This document shows positions 46,977 through 55,890 of a stretch of 64,000 bases of DNA, piece after piece. The translations under genes were made by a program, and so were the position numbers. A model generated the notes under the pieces. That model had not been told where the DNA came from. It saw only the letters and a program-made list of their open reading frames with translations, and made no database searches. Position 1 is the first letter of the stretch, and each line of letters begins with the position of its first letter. The DNA comes from Bacteroidota bacterium (GTDB lineage Bacteria > Bacteroidota > Bacteroidia > Flavobacteriales > BACL11). The DNA is taken from assembly GCA_036339955.1 (NCBI GenBank), contig JAYYZX010000025.1, positions 66,631 through 130,630 of the forward strand. The letters are read 5' to 3'.

Positions 46977-47112
46977 CGTCTTTACTTGTTTTGTTTTAGC
47001 CTACTCTATTTATAGATTTTCGACAACCTCTATCTCAAAAAATATAAGGATCAATTATACAAATAAATTATTAATAATAACCAGGATTTAAGTATAAAGA
47101 TTACTTATGCAT

Positions 47113-48177
47113 CTAATGTTTTTTAGCATCAACACTAAATTGCTTTATTTGTTGCTCATCTTCTTTCTTGCAAATCAGAAGAGTGTTATTACATTCTACA
47201 ATGATATACCCTCTCAGCCCTTGCAAAACAACTGTCTTGTTATCTGGCACATTAATAATATTTTCAAAACAATCATATGTTAGCACATTACTTCCAGTAA
47301 TAGCATTTTTATTTTTATTTTTATTTAAATGCGCATATACAGAGCCCCATGTTCCTAAATCACTCCATCCAAAGTCAGCGGGATAAACAAATACATTCTC
47401 AGATTTTTCCATAATACCATAATCAACTGAAATATTTTTACATCCTCCAAAAATTTGCTCTATAAATCGTGATTCTTCTTTTGTATTATAATATTGATTA
47501 CACTCAGAAAAAATTTCATACATGTCAAATAAATGCTTTCTATAAGCTTTAATAATAGATTCTGAATTCCAAATAAACATACCTGAGTTCCATAAGAAAT
47601 CACCACTATCTAAAAACTGTAGAGCTAAATCTTGATTTGGTTTTTCTGTAAATGTTTTGACTTTTCTAATATCTTTATCAAGTGGACTATCCTCAAACTG
47701 AATATAACCATATCCTGTTTCAGGTTTAGAAGGCTTTATCCCTACAGTTAATAATATATCTTGAGTCATGGTTTCTTTCAAACAATTAGTAATAATTCTC
47801 TGGAATTCTATTTCATCAGTAATTAGATGATCTGAAGGAGCTATCAAAATATTAGCATTTGGATTTTGATGATGAATTTTAAAACATGCATAAGCAATAC
47901 AAGGGGCCGTATTTCTCATAATAGGCTCACATAATATATTATTTGAATTGATTTCTGGCAACTGCTCTAGGCATAAGCTCTTATATTTCTTGTTTGTTGC
48001 AATAAAAATATTTTCCTGAGGACAAATAAAAGACAATCTAGAAAATGTTTGCTGAATTAAAGTTTTCCCTAATCCTAGGATATCAATAAACTGCTTCGGA
48101 AAATCAGATCTACTCATAGGCCAAAATCTAGAGCCTACACCTCCAGCCATTATTACTGCATAGTTATTTTTATTCAT
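47113..48177 (-). CDS. manC: mannose-1-phosphate guanylyltransferase (nucleotidyltransferase family)
   Basis: 354 aa; N-terminal AVIMAGGVGSRFWPMSR pyrophosphorylase motif. Confidence 0.85.
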   Translation of the reverse strand: MNKNNYAVIMAGGVGSRFWPMSRSDFPKQFIDILGLGKTLIQQTFSRLSFICPQENIFIATNKKYKSLCLEQLPEINSNNILCEPIMRNTAPCIAYACFKIHHQNPNANILIAPSDHLITDEIEFQRIITNCLKETMTQDILLTVGIKPSKPETGYGYIQFEDSPLDKDIRKVKTFTEKPNQDLALQFLDSGDFLWNSGMFIWNSESIIKAYRKHLFDMYEIFSECNQYYNTKEESRFIEQIFGGCKNISVDYGIMEKSENVFVYPADFGWSDLGTWGSVYAHLNKNKNKNAITGSNVLTYDCFENIINVPDNKTVVLQGLRGYIIVECNNTLLICKKEDEQQIKQFSVDAKKH

Positions 48178-48235
48178 TTATAAAGGATTCCACTTCATAT
48201 ACAAAAATACAAGAAAAGTTTAAAATGAATATTTT

Positions 48236-48826
48236 TTAAGTATCTGTTTCAAAAACTTCAATTAAGGGATGCATTAGATATATTTTTTTTGATTCTACTT
48301 CAATACATCTAAATCTCTTCCTTAATCTAACTCCTTTAATAAATTTTCTCTGATTACTAAGGTAGAAGATCTCCCCTTCTTTAATATCTGATATGGTTTT
48401 CTTTAAAGAAGAGTCATACTGTCTTAAACAGCTATATAATATTATATCTGTAGTAGTAGAAGCAGAAGGAGAAATAAGATGCTTACTTAAGTTTTTAATA
48501 ATATCTTCAGGGAAAATATCAGGATTTAAAAAGTTTAGCATAAGGCTCTTATACATTTCTTTCCACTCTTTTCCATGAGGAGAAACACTACTCTTATGTG
48601 TCTGCCAAACAAATGCATGAGCAATCTCATGTGTTAATGTAATTAAAAATAAATATGGGTTTAAATTTTTATTAATAGTAATTGTAAGATTATTATGGGT
48701 TGGCCTGAAATCTCCTAATTTTGTTTTTCTATCGTTTCTTAAAATAATTTTTAAATCAAGATGATTAATCCATTTCTTAATATACTTAATACTATTATTT
48801 GGTATTTTATCATATATATTGCTCAT
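48236..48826 (-). CDS. SprT-like zinc metallopeptidase-domain protein
   Basis: 196 aa; HExxH (LTHEIAHAF) in a SprT-like context. Confidence 0.65.
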   Translation of the reverse strand: MSNIYDKIPNNSIKYIKKWINHLDLKIILRNDRKTKLGDFRPTHNNLTITINKNLNPYLFLITLTHEIAHAFVWQTHKSSVSPHGKEWKEMYKSLMLNFLNPDIFPEDIIKNLSKHLISPSASTTTDIILYSCLRQYDSSLKKTISDIKEGEIFYLSNQRKFIKGVRLRKRFRCIEVESKKIYLMHPLIEVFETDT

Positions 48827-50913
48827 TAACTCAATAATTGAAATGCAATAAAACTAGAAATATAAGCTAAGCAACCCATATAAACAAATTGAATAATTGG
48901 CCATTTCCATCGATTAGTCTCTCTGTACACAATAGCTAATGTACTCATGCATTGCATCGCAAAGGCATAAAAAAGCATTAAAGATATTGACACTGCTGGC
49001 GTAAAAAACATTTGACCTGTTTCAGAGTTTCTTACGTTTAACAATCGTTCTCTAACAGAATATATAGAACCTCCATCTTGGACGCTATAAATAGTAGACA
49101 TTGTACCTACAAAAACTTCTCTAGCTGCAAAAGATGTTATAAGGGCAATACCTATTTTCCAATCAAAACCTAATGGTTTAATAATTGGCTCAATGGATTT
49201 TCCAAGTATTCCTGCATAAGAAGCTTCAAGCTTCTCAGAAGCAATATGTAAATTGGCGTCTTGATGGTGTTCCCATTTAGCTTCTATCTTCTGAAACTCT
49301 TTTTTAGGACCATACGAAGATAATGCCCATAAAATAATTGAAATCATTACAATGACTTTTCCTGCATCAAATATAAAAACCTTTAGTTTCTCAAAAATAG
49401 TATATAAGACTGTTTTCCAATCAGGAATCTTATAAGAGGGGAGTTCCATTATATAATAAGACCGCTTCTTACTCTTAAGTATGTGCTTAAAAACAAATGC
49501 TGAGAGAATAGTTGCTAAGAATCCTATTAAGTAAAACGACATCATAATCAAACCTTGTAAATTAAATGGGCCTATAGCTGCTTCTTCAGAAATCATAACA
49601 GAAATAATTAAAATATAAACTGGCAATCGAGCTGCACAACTCATCAATGGAGTTACCATAATAGTGATTAATCTTTCCTTCCATCCTGGAATTGTTCTAG
49701 CAGACATTATAGCTGGAACAGCACATGCAATACCACTTAATAATGGAATCACAGATCTGCCATTTAATCCAACCTTTTTTAAAAACTTGTCGGTTATAAA
49801 ACTGACTCGAGCCATATAGCCTGTGTCTTCTAATAATACAATAAATGCAAATAAAAATGCAATTTGTGGAATAAAAATCATAATGCCAGCAAGCCCTGCT
49901 AATACCCCTTTAACTATTAAATCATTTAGCATTCCGCTAGGGAGCACTGAAGATACCCAATCTGATATCGTTGTAAAAAGGGAATCAATAATTTCCATTG
50001 GATATTCAGACCAAGAAAATACAGCTTGAAATATTAAGAATAAGATAGATAAGAAAATAAAATAACCTAAAACTGGATGCATTAAAATATTATCAATCTT
50101 CTTAGTAAGAAGGTGTTTCCCCTTTGGATTTCCTTCACGGGTACATTGATGCACAATCTCATCTATTTTTTTATATCGCCTTACTATCTCTTTTGCTTGA
50201 GCTCTCTCAGGGACAAAATTGAATTTATTATATAAGCCATCTAACCCTATTCGGTTTTTAGTTTCGCAATTCAAATCTTGTCTGCATAACAAAAGAAAAG
50301 AAGTGTAATCATTGCTATTATTATTCCATTCATTCGCAGCATCAATTATATTTGGAAAAACAGTCTTGATATCTAAAAAATCTTGATCAGAATTATTCTG
50401 TATAACATAAGGAATCTTTGATTTAAGATTGTCAATCCCCTCTCTATTACGTGCGTTAATTGCAACAACTTCTATTCCTAATTTACTACTTAATAGCCCC
50501 ACATCAACAATTATACCTCTCCTTAAAGCAAGATCTACCATATTTAAAGCTAAAATTGTTTTCTTCTTCATGTCAATAAGCTGAGAAAGTAATAGAAGAG
50601 ATCTTCTAAGATTAGTAGCGTCAGCAATAACTATAGCAATATCTGGCTGTAAGTCATTTAATTGATCACACAATACTTGTTGAGTTATTCTTTCATCTAT
50701 TGATTTAGGAAAAATGCTATATGTTCCTGGTAAATCAATAATATCAGCATCATAATCTTCATTAATATTACATCTTCCAACTCTTTTTTCTACTGTAATT
50801 CCTGGATAATTACCTACCTTTTGATTCAGACCAGTCAATGCATTAAAAAGAGTTGATTTTCCAGAGTTTGGATTCCCCGCCAATGCTATTCTAATATTTC
50901 TCTTTTTATTCAT
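48826..50913 (-). CDS. feoB: ferrous iron transporter FeoB
   Basis: 695 aa; N-terminal G-domain GNPNSGKSTLFNALTG followed by a polytopic membrane domain. Confidence 0.95.
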   Translation of the reverse strand: MNKKRNIRIALAGNPNSGKSTLFNALTGLNQKVGNYPGITVEKRVGRCNINEDYDADIIDLPGTYSIFPKSIDERITQQVLCDQLNDLQPDIAIVIADATNLRRSLLLLSQLIDMKKKTILALNMVDLALRRGIIVDVGLLSSKLGIEVVAINARNREGIDNLKSKIPYVIQNNSDQDFLDIKTVFPNIIDAANEWNNNSNDYTSFLLLCRQDLNCETKNRIGLDGLYNKFNFVPERAQAKEIVRRYKKIDEIVHQCTREGNPKGKHLLTKKIDNILMHPVLGYFIFLSILFLIFQAVFSWSEYPMEIIDSLFTTISDWVSSVLPSGMLNDLIVKGVLAGLAGIMIFIPQIAFLFAFIVLLEDTGYMARVSFITDKFLKKVGLNGRSVIPLLSGIACAVPAIMSARTIPGWKERLITIMVTPLMSCAARLPVYILIISVMISEEAAIGPFNLQGLIMMSFYLIGFLATILSAFVFKHILKSKKRSYYIMELPSYKIPDWKTVLYTIFEKLKVFIFDAGKVIVMISIILWALSSYGPKKEFQKIEAKWEHHQDANLHIASEKLEASYAGILGKSIEPIIKPLGFDWKIGIALITSFAAREVFVGTMSTIYSVQDGGSIYSVRERLLNVRNSETGQMFFTPAVSISLMLFYAFAMQCMSTLAIVYRETNRWKWPIIQFVYMGCLAYISSFIAFQLLS

Positions 50914-51136
50914 CTAAGATTTTAACTATAATCTGACTAGCATCAAGTTTGCTTAAACTTAACATAGAGGAAGAAATTAAAATTGCAAGAGGTCCTCCAA
51001 ATGGAGCTTGCCGAACTAAACAAATCTCTTCTCCAGGAGTACAACCCATTTCAAGTAATTTTTGTCTTAATTCAGAATCTAAAATAGATTCAATAATACC
51101 TCTTTCTCCTATTGATAATTCGGATAATGCTTTCAC
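50906..51136 (-). CDS. feoA: ferrous iron transport protein FeoA
   Basis: 76 aa; SH3-like FeoA sequence; GTG start; overlaps the feoB start by 8 nt. Confidence 0.85.
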   Translation of the reverse strand: MKALSELSIGERGIIESILDSELRQKLLEMGCTPGEEICLVRQAPFGGPLAILISSSMLSLSKLDASQIIVKILDE

Positions 51137-51140
51137 AGGG

Positions 51141-51148
51141 CAAATCTA
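51141..51148 (-). promoter_or_regulatory. -7 box TAGATTTG immediately upstream of feoA
   Basis: Plus strand CAAATCTA at 51141-51148. The final G is 5 nt from the GTG at 51136. It overlaps the inverted-repeat cluster. Confidence 0.3.
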
Positions 51149-51168
51149 GGTATTTAGATTCAATCTAA
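51143..51168. promoter_or_regulatory. cluster of overlapping inverted repeats built from ATCTA/TAGAT (candidate operator upstream of feoAB)
   Basis: AATCTA (51143-51148) pairs with TAGATT (51155-51160). TTAGAT (51154-51159) pairs with ATCTAA (51163-51168) across a 3-nt spacer. Located 7-32 nt upstream of the feoA start. Confidence 0.3.
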
Positions 51169-51186
51169 GTAACTGTATTAAAAAAA

Positions 51187-51324
51187 CTATAAATTAATTT
51201 GTTTTTCTACATTATGAATTGAAGAAAATGTAGCACAATTGCAATTGCTTTTCTTTTTAACTGCACATGAACTTAAGCTTAATATCAATAGAATTAATAA
51301 AAGTTGGTATGTTTGTATCTTCAT
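51187..51324 (-). CDS. 45-aa Cys-containing small lipoprotein/membrane protein upstream of feoAB (possibly a FeoB-associated Cys-rich protein)
   Basis: Not in ORF track. ATG 51322-51324 to TAG 51187-51189 translates to MKIQTYQLLLILLILSLSSCAVKKKSNCNCATFSSIHNVEKQINL: a hydrophobic helix, a lipobox-like LSSC, then KKK and a C-N-C pair. A -7 box lies 27 nt upstream. Confidence 0.4.
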   Translation of the reverse strand: MKIQTYQLLLILLILSLSSCAVKKKSNCNCATFSSIHNVEKQINL

Positions 51325-51350
51325 ATTCACTAACTATTGTAAGTTCATTG

Positions 51351-51358
51351 CAAATATA
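51351..51358 (-). promoter_or_regulatory. -7 box TATATTTG upstream of the 45-aa ORF
   Basis: Plus strand CAAATATA at 51351-51358. Confidence 0.3.
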
Positions 51359-51371
51359 TAATTAATATAGT

Positions 51372-52112
51372 ATGCTGATATTTCTAAAGAGTCTAGGGCA
51401 ATATTTCCTCATGTTAAGAAGAGTAATTTCTCTTCCAGAGAAGAAAAAGGTCTTTACACAACAGCTTATATTAGAATTCGAGAAAGTAGGGATTAATTCA
51501 TTAGGAATAGTAATAATTATATCATTATTTGTAGGTGCTGTTGTAAGCATTCAAACATCAATAAATTTAGAAAATCCATTTCTCCCTTCATATCTCATTG
51601 GTTTAGCTACTAGAGATTCTCTAATCTTAGAATTTTCTCCTACAATGCTATCTCTTATACTAGCTGGAAAGGTAGGATCAAATATTGCGTCTGAAATTGG
51701 GACAATGCGAGTTACAGAACAGATTGATGCATTAGAGATAATGGGGATAAATTCTGCATCTTTTTTAATATTACCGAAGATTATTGCTGCATTATTTTTC
51801 TTCCCTCTTTTAGTAATACTAAGCATGAGTATTGGAATGATAGGAGGATGGATAGGCGCACTATCAACAGGAATAACAACATCAGCATTCTTTACAGGAT
51901 TAACATATGAGTTTAGACCTTTTTATATAACTTATTGCTTAACCAAAACAGTTGTTTTTGCCTTTATTATAACATCTGTTTCTGCATATTATGGCTATTT
52001 TACAAATGGGGGCGCATTAGAAGTAGGAAGAGCAAGTACAAAAGCAGTAGTATATAGTAGTATACTAATTTTAGTATTCAATTTTATTTTAACAAATATG
52101 CTCTTAGCATGA
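51372..52112 (+). CDS. mlaE: MlaE family ABC transporter permease
   Basis: 246 aa; multi-TM; MlaE/YrbE-like sequence. Confidence 0.85.
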   Translation: MLIFLKSLGQYFLMLRRVISLPEKKKVFTQQLILEFEKVGINSLGIVIIISLFVGAVVSIQTSINLENPFLPSYLIGLATRDSLILEFSPTMLSLILAGKVGSNIASEIGTMRVTEQIDALEIMGINSASFLILPKIIAALFFFPLLVILSMSIGMIGGWIGALSTGITTSAFFTGLTYEFRPFYITYCLTKTVVFAFIITSVSAYYGYFTNGGALEVGRASTKAVVYSSILILVFNFILTNMLLA

Positions 52113-52858
52113 TAGAGATAAAAAATATATATAAAAGTTTCGGGAACAACAATGTCTTAAAAGATATAGCTCTAATTTTTGAAAAAGGCAGAGCAAATTT
52201 AATTATCGGCGAGAGTGGCTCAGGGAAAACCACTTTGTTAAAAATATTAATTGGATTACATGAAGTTGATAAAGGAAAAATTTTATATGCCGACAGAGAG
52301 TTTAATGAAATGGGAATAAAAGAAAAAAGATTATTAAGGCAAGAGATTGGAGTCCTTTTTCAGGGAGGAGCATTATACGATTATCTAACAGTAGAAGAGA
52401 ATATTATGTTCCCTTTAACAATGTTTACAAATCAAGAATATAATGAAAAAATTGAAAGAGTAAATTTCTGCTTATCTAGAGTAAATCTTGAAAATCAAAA
52501 CAAATTATATCCTGCTGAACTTAGTGGTGGAATGACAAAAAGAGTTGCTATTGCTAGAGCAATAGCAATGAACCCTAAATACTTGTTTTGCGATGAGCCA
52601 AACTCTGGGCTAGATCCAAAAACTGCTATCCTAATTGACGATTTAATTCTTGAAATAACAAAAGAATTTAACATGACGACAATAATTAATACGCATGACA
52701 TGAATTCAGTAATGCAAATTGGAGAAAACATAGCATTTATTCATAATGGAGAGGTATGGTGGGAAGGTACAAAAGATAATCTTCTATATACCAATAACTT
52801 AGAGTTAGAAAAATTTGTATTTGCTTCTAAATTATTTCAAAAGTTAAAAACTACTTAA
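52109..52858 (+). CDS. mlaF: ABC transporter ATP-binding protein (MlaF-like)
   Basis: 249 aa; Walker A GESGSGKTT, signature LSGGMTKR, Walker B LFCDEP; 4-nt overlap with mlaE. Confidence 0.85.
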   Translation: MIEIKNIYKSFGNNNVLKDIALIFEKGRANLIIGESGSGKTTLLKILIGLHEVDKGKILYADREFNEMGIKEKRLLRQEIGVLFQGGALYDYLTVEENIMFPLTMFTNQEYNEKIERVNFCLSRVNLENQNKLYPAELSGGMTKRVAIARAIAMNPKYLFCDEPNSGLDPKTAILIDDLILEITKEFNMTTIINTHDMNSVMQIGENIAFIHNGEVWWEGTKDNLLYTNNLELEKFVFASKLFQKLKTT

Positions 52859-53625
52859 TGAGAAGAGTCAGGCCAAAAAAGCATCTAGGTCAGCATTTCT
52901 TAAACGACTTACAAATTATAACGCAAATTTCTAATTTAATTAACACCAACAAAAATACAAACATATTAGAAGTTGGTCCAGGAACTGGAAATTTAACAGA
53001 ATTTTTAATTAAAAAACCCGGATGTTTTAAGCTTGTTGAAATAGATCCAGATTGTATCCTTTACCTGTCTCAGCGTTTCCCTGAAATCAAAAACAAAGTT
53101 ATTAAGAAAGATTTCCTAAAATTAGATTTACAAAATTTATTCGCCTCCAAATTTATTATTGTTGGTAATTTTCCATATAATATATCATCTCAAATCCTCT
53201 TCCATATTTTAAAATATAAAAATTTAGTCTATGAGATTGTCGGAATGTTCCAGAAAGAAGTCGCTGAAAGATTAATTGCAAAAAAAGGAAGTAAAAAAGG
53301 GATCTTAAGTGTCCTAATGCAAGCTTTTTACGAAATAGAAGAATGTCTTACTATAAAGCAAGATGCTTTTTTTCCCTCTCCAAAAATACAATCTTCAGTA
53401 GTTAGATTTAAAAGAAATCAACGACAAGAGTTAACTTGTGACGAAAATTTATTTATAACAATTGTAAAATCTGGATTTAATCAAAAACGTAAAACTTTGC
53501 GAAATGCATTAAAATCCTTTTCTTTGGAAAACAAAATGGAATTAGATTCTCTATTAAAAAAACGAGCTGAAGAACTTTCCGTTGATGATTTTATAACAAT
53601 CGCATTACATGCAAAAAAAAATTGA
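52858..53625 (+). CDS. rsmA: 16S rRNA (adenine1518/1519-N6)-dimethyltransferase RsmA/KsgA
   Basis: 255 aa; N-terminal KKHLGQHFL and SAM motif LEVGPGTGNLT. Confidence 0.9.
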   Translation: MRRVRPKKHLGQHFLNDLQIITQISNLINTNKNTNILEVGPGTGNLTEFLIKKPGCFKLVEIDPDCILYLSQRFPEIKNKVIKKDFLKLDLQNLFASKFIIVGNFPYNISSQILFHILKYKNLVYEIVGMFQKEVAERLIAKKGSKKGILSVLMQAFYEIEECLTIKQDAFFPSPKIQSSVVRFKRNQRQELTCDENLFITIVKSGFNQKRKTLRNALKSFSLENKMELDSLLKKRAEELSVDDFITIALHAKKN

Positions 53626-54961
53626 AATAACATCTGAACTTCTAAATAACTTAATCTTTAGTATAGAGAAAAAAGATAACTCCTCAGTTTTAAAAATAAT
53701 AACCGAAATGCATGCTGCAGATATTGCAGAAATTTTAGAAAATCTACCTACAAAGGAGGCTCAATTATTGTTTGAATTAGTAGATCAAAAAAGATCTGCT
53801 GATGTTATTGTAGAATTAGATGATGATCTAAGAGAATCATTACTCTCTGATTTGACATCAAAAGAAATCGCAGAAAAAGTGATTGATAATTTAGAATCTG
53901 ATGATGCTGCAGATATAATTGGAGAATTTCCAGGCAAACAACAAGAAGAAATACTTGCTCTTATTGAGGACGCAGAACATGCAAATGATATTTCAGATCT
54001 ACTAACATATGAAGAAAACTCAGCGGGAGGATTAATGGCTAAAGAACTTATTCAAGTAAATGAAAATTGGGATACAAAGAAATGTTTAAAAGAGATGCAT
54101 AAGCAGGCTAAAAATGTAAAAAAAGTTTATAGTATTTATGTTGTAGATAACAATAAAAAACTATTAGGTACGCTATCATTGAGGCAATTATTACTATCGC
54201 AATCAGAAATTCCAATTAAAAAAATTATAAAAAAAGACATTGCTTCTGTAAATACTGGAGAAAGTAGTGAAGCTGTAGCCAATATTATGAATAAATATGA
54301 CTTAATCGCTATCCCTGTAGTTGATAGACATAATCGATTAATAGGGAGGATTACACTTGATGATGTGATAGATATTGTAAAAGAAGAAGCTGAAAAAGAC
54401 TATCAAATGGCTTCTGGAATATCAGAAGATATTGAGGCAAATGATAAGATCTGGACATTAACACGTGCAAGATTGCCATGGCTTTTAATAGGAATGATTG
54501 GAGGAGTTTTAGGAGCAAAAATTATTGGCGTTTTTGACATAAAAAATAATTTTGAATTAGCTTTCTTTATACCTTTAATTGCAGCAATGGCAGGAAATGT
54601 CGGGGTTCAGTCTGCAGCCATTATTGTTCAAGGATTAGCTAATAATAAATTAAAATTAGATGGGATAATAAATAAGCTTATGAAAGAATTTGGAGTTGCT
54701 TTTGTAAATGGTATTATTTGTGCAATAATTATCTTAGGGATATCGTTTACCCTAGGGTACAATCTAATGCTCTGTATAACTGTTAGTATATCTCTTTTAT
54801 CTGTCATTATATTTGCGGCTCTTTTTGGTACATGTGTGCCATTAATATTGCATAAAAACAAAATTGATCCTGCCCTTGCTACGGGCCCTTTTATTACGAC
54901 TGTTAATGATATATTGGGGTTAATTATTTATTTTATAATTGGAGAGGCTCTACTAATATGA
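53609..54961 (+). CDS. mgtE: magnesium transporter MgtE
   Basis: 450 aa; N-domain, CBS pair, 5-TM C-terminal domain; rsmA-mgtE synteny. Confidence 0.9.
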   Translation: MQKKIEITSELLNNLIFSIEKKDNSSVLKIITEMHAADIAEILENLPTKEAQLLFELVDQKRSADVIVELDDDLRESLLSDLTSKEIAEKVIDNLESDDAADIIGEFPGKQQEEILALIEDAEHANDISDLLTYEENSAGGLMAKELIQVNENWDTKKCLKEMHKQAKNVKKVYSIYVVDNNKKLLGTLSLRQLLLSQSEIPIKKIIKKDIASVNTGESSEAVANIMNKYDLIAIPVVDRHNRLIGRITLDDVIDIVKEEAEKDYQMASGISEDIEANDKIWTLTRARLPWLLIGMIGGVLGAKIIGVFDIKNNFELAFFIPLIAAMAGNVGVQSAAIIVQGLANNKLKLDGIINKLMKEFGVAFVNGIICAIIILGISFTLGYNLMLCITVSISLLSVIIFAALFGTCVPLILHKNKIDPALATGPFITTVNDILGLIIYFIIGEALLI

Positions 54962-55890
54962 AGGTGTTATTTATTGATACCGTACATCCCTATTTAGAAA
55001 AGAAGTTAAAACAATTAGGGTTTGAGTGTCACCATGCTCATAAAGAAAGCAAAGCAGAAATTAAGGAAAAAATTAAAGTTTATCATGGGATTATTATAAG
55101 AAGTAGATTCACGATTGATGTTTCTTTCTTAAAGAATGCGAAGAATCTTAAGTTTATTGCTAGAGCTGGATCAGGCACAGAAAATATTAACCTCGAGTAT
55201 ATAAGAAAACAAAATATAGCCTGTTTTACTGCCCCAGAAGGAAATAGTAATTCAGTTGCAGAGCATGCATTAGGTATGATATTATGTTTATTAAATAATA
55301 TAAAAAAATCTGATGAAGAAATAAGAAAAGATGTTTGGGAGAGAGAAAATAACAGGGGTACTGAACTAAATAAAAAAACAATAGGAATTATAGGTTATGG
55401 GAATACTGGCTCTGCATTTGCTAAAGTAGTTGAAGGATTAGGAGTGAAAATACTTGCATATGATAAATACAAAAAGAAATTCCCATTTGAAAGCTCAATG
55501 CAACAAATATTTAAAAAAGCTGATATAGTAAGTCTCCATATACCTTTAAATACTGAAACCCTAAAAATATGTAATCAAGAATTTATTGATAAATTTAGTA
55601 AGCCAATCTATATAATAAATACATCAAGAGGGAAATGCATAGATACAAAAGCATTAGTAAGTGGATTGAAAAACAAAACAATATTGGGAGTGTGTCTAGA
55701 TGTATTTGAATATGAAGAGAAATCGTTTTCTAGCCTAAAGCTTAAACAAAATTCAAAAGAAATGACATACCTAAAAAACTCAAAAAATACAATCTTAACT
55801 CCTCACATAGCAGGATGGACATATGAAAGTAAATATAAAATTGCAGAAGTCCTTGGGAGGAAAATTGAAGATTATTTTAAAACTAAATGA
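54958..55890 (+). CDS. D-isomer-specific 2-hydroxyacid dehydrogenase family protein (phosphoglycerate dehydrogenase-like)
   Basis: 310 aa; NAD-binding GIIGYGNTGSAFA; catalytic His near the C-terminus (TPHIAG). Confidence 0.8.
   Translation: MKVLFIDTVHPYLEKKLKQLGFECHHAHKESKAEIKEKIKVYHGIIIRSRFTIDVSFLKNAKNLKFIARAGSGTENINLEYIRKQNIACFTAPEGNSNSVAEHALGMILCLLNNIKKSDEEIRKDVWERENNRGTELNKKTIGIIGYGNTGSAFAKVVEGLGVKILAYDKYKKKFPFESSMQQIFKKADIVSLHIPLNTETLKICNQEFIDKFSKPIYIINTSRGKCIDTKALVSGLKNKTILGVCLDVFEYEEKSFSSLKLKQNSKEMTYLKNSKNTILTPHIAGWTYESKYKIAEVLGRKIEDYFKTK

Noticed and set aside
41745-47112. Whether the six-gene block is a classical genomic island or mobile element.
   Set aside because: There is no integrase, transposase, tRNA target, phage or conjugation gene in or next to it. 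The only flank similarity I saw (CTCTAT[A/T]TATAGA-like strings at 41756-41767 and 47003-47016) is short, imperfect and AT-rich, so I do not call it a direct repeat. Horizontal origin stays an open possibility, not a supported claim.
46977-47112. Promoter for the six-gene operon in the 136-nt spacer after manC.
   Set aside because: There is no exact TAnnTTTG box on the minus strand. The closest matches are TATATTTTTTG and TTTATTTG. There is also no clear terminator after manC. I therefore cannot say whether the operon has its own promoter or is read through from manC, and no promoter feature is called.
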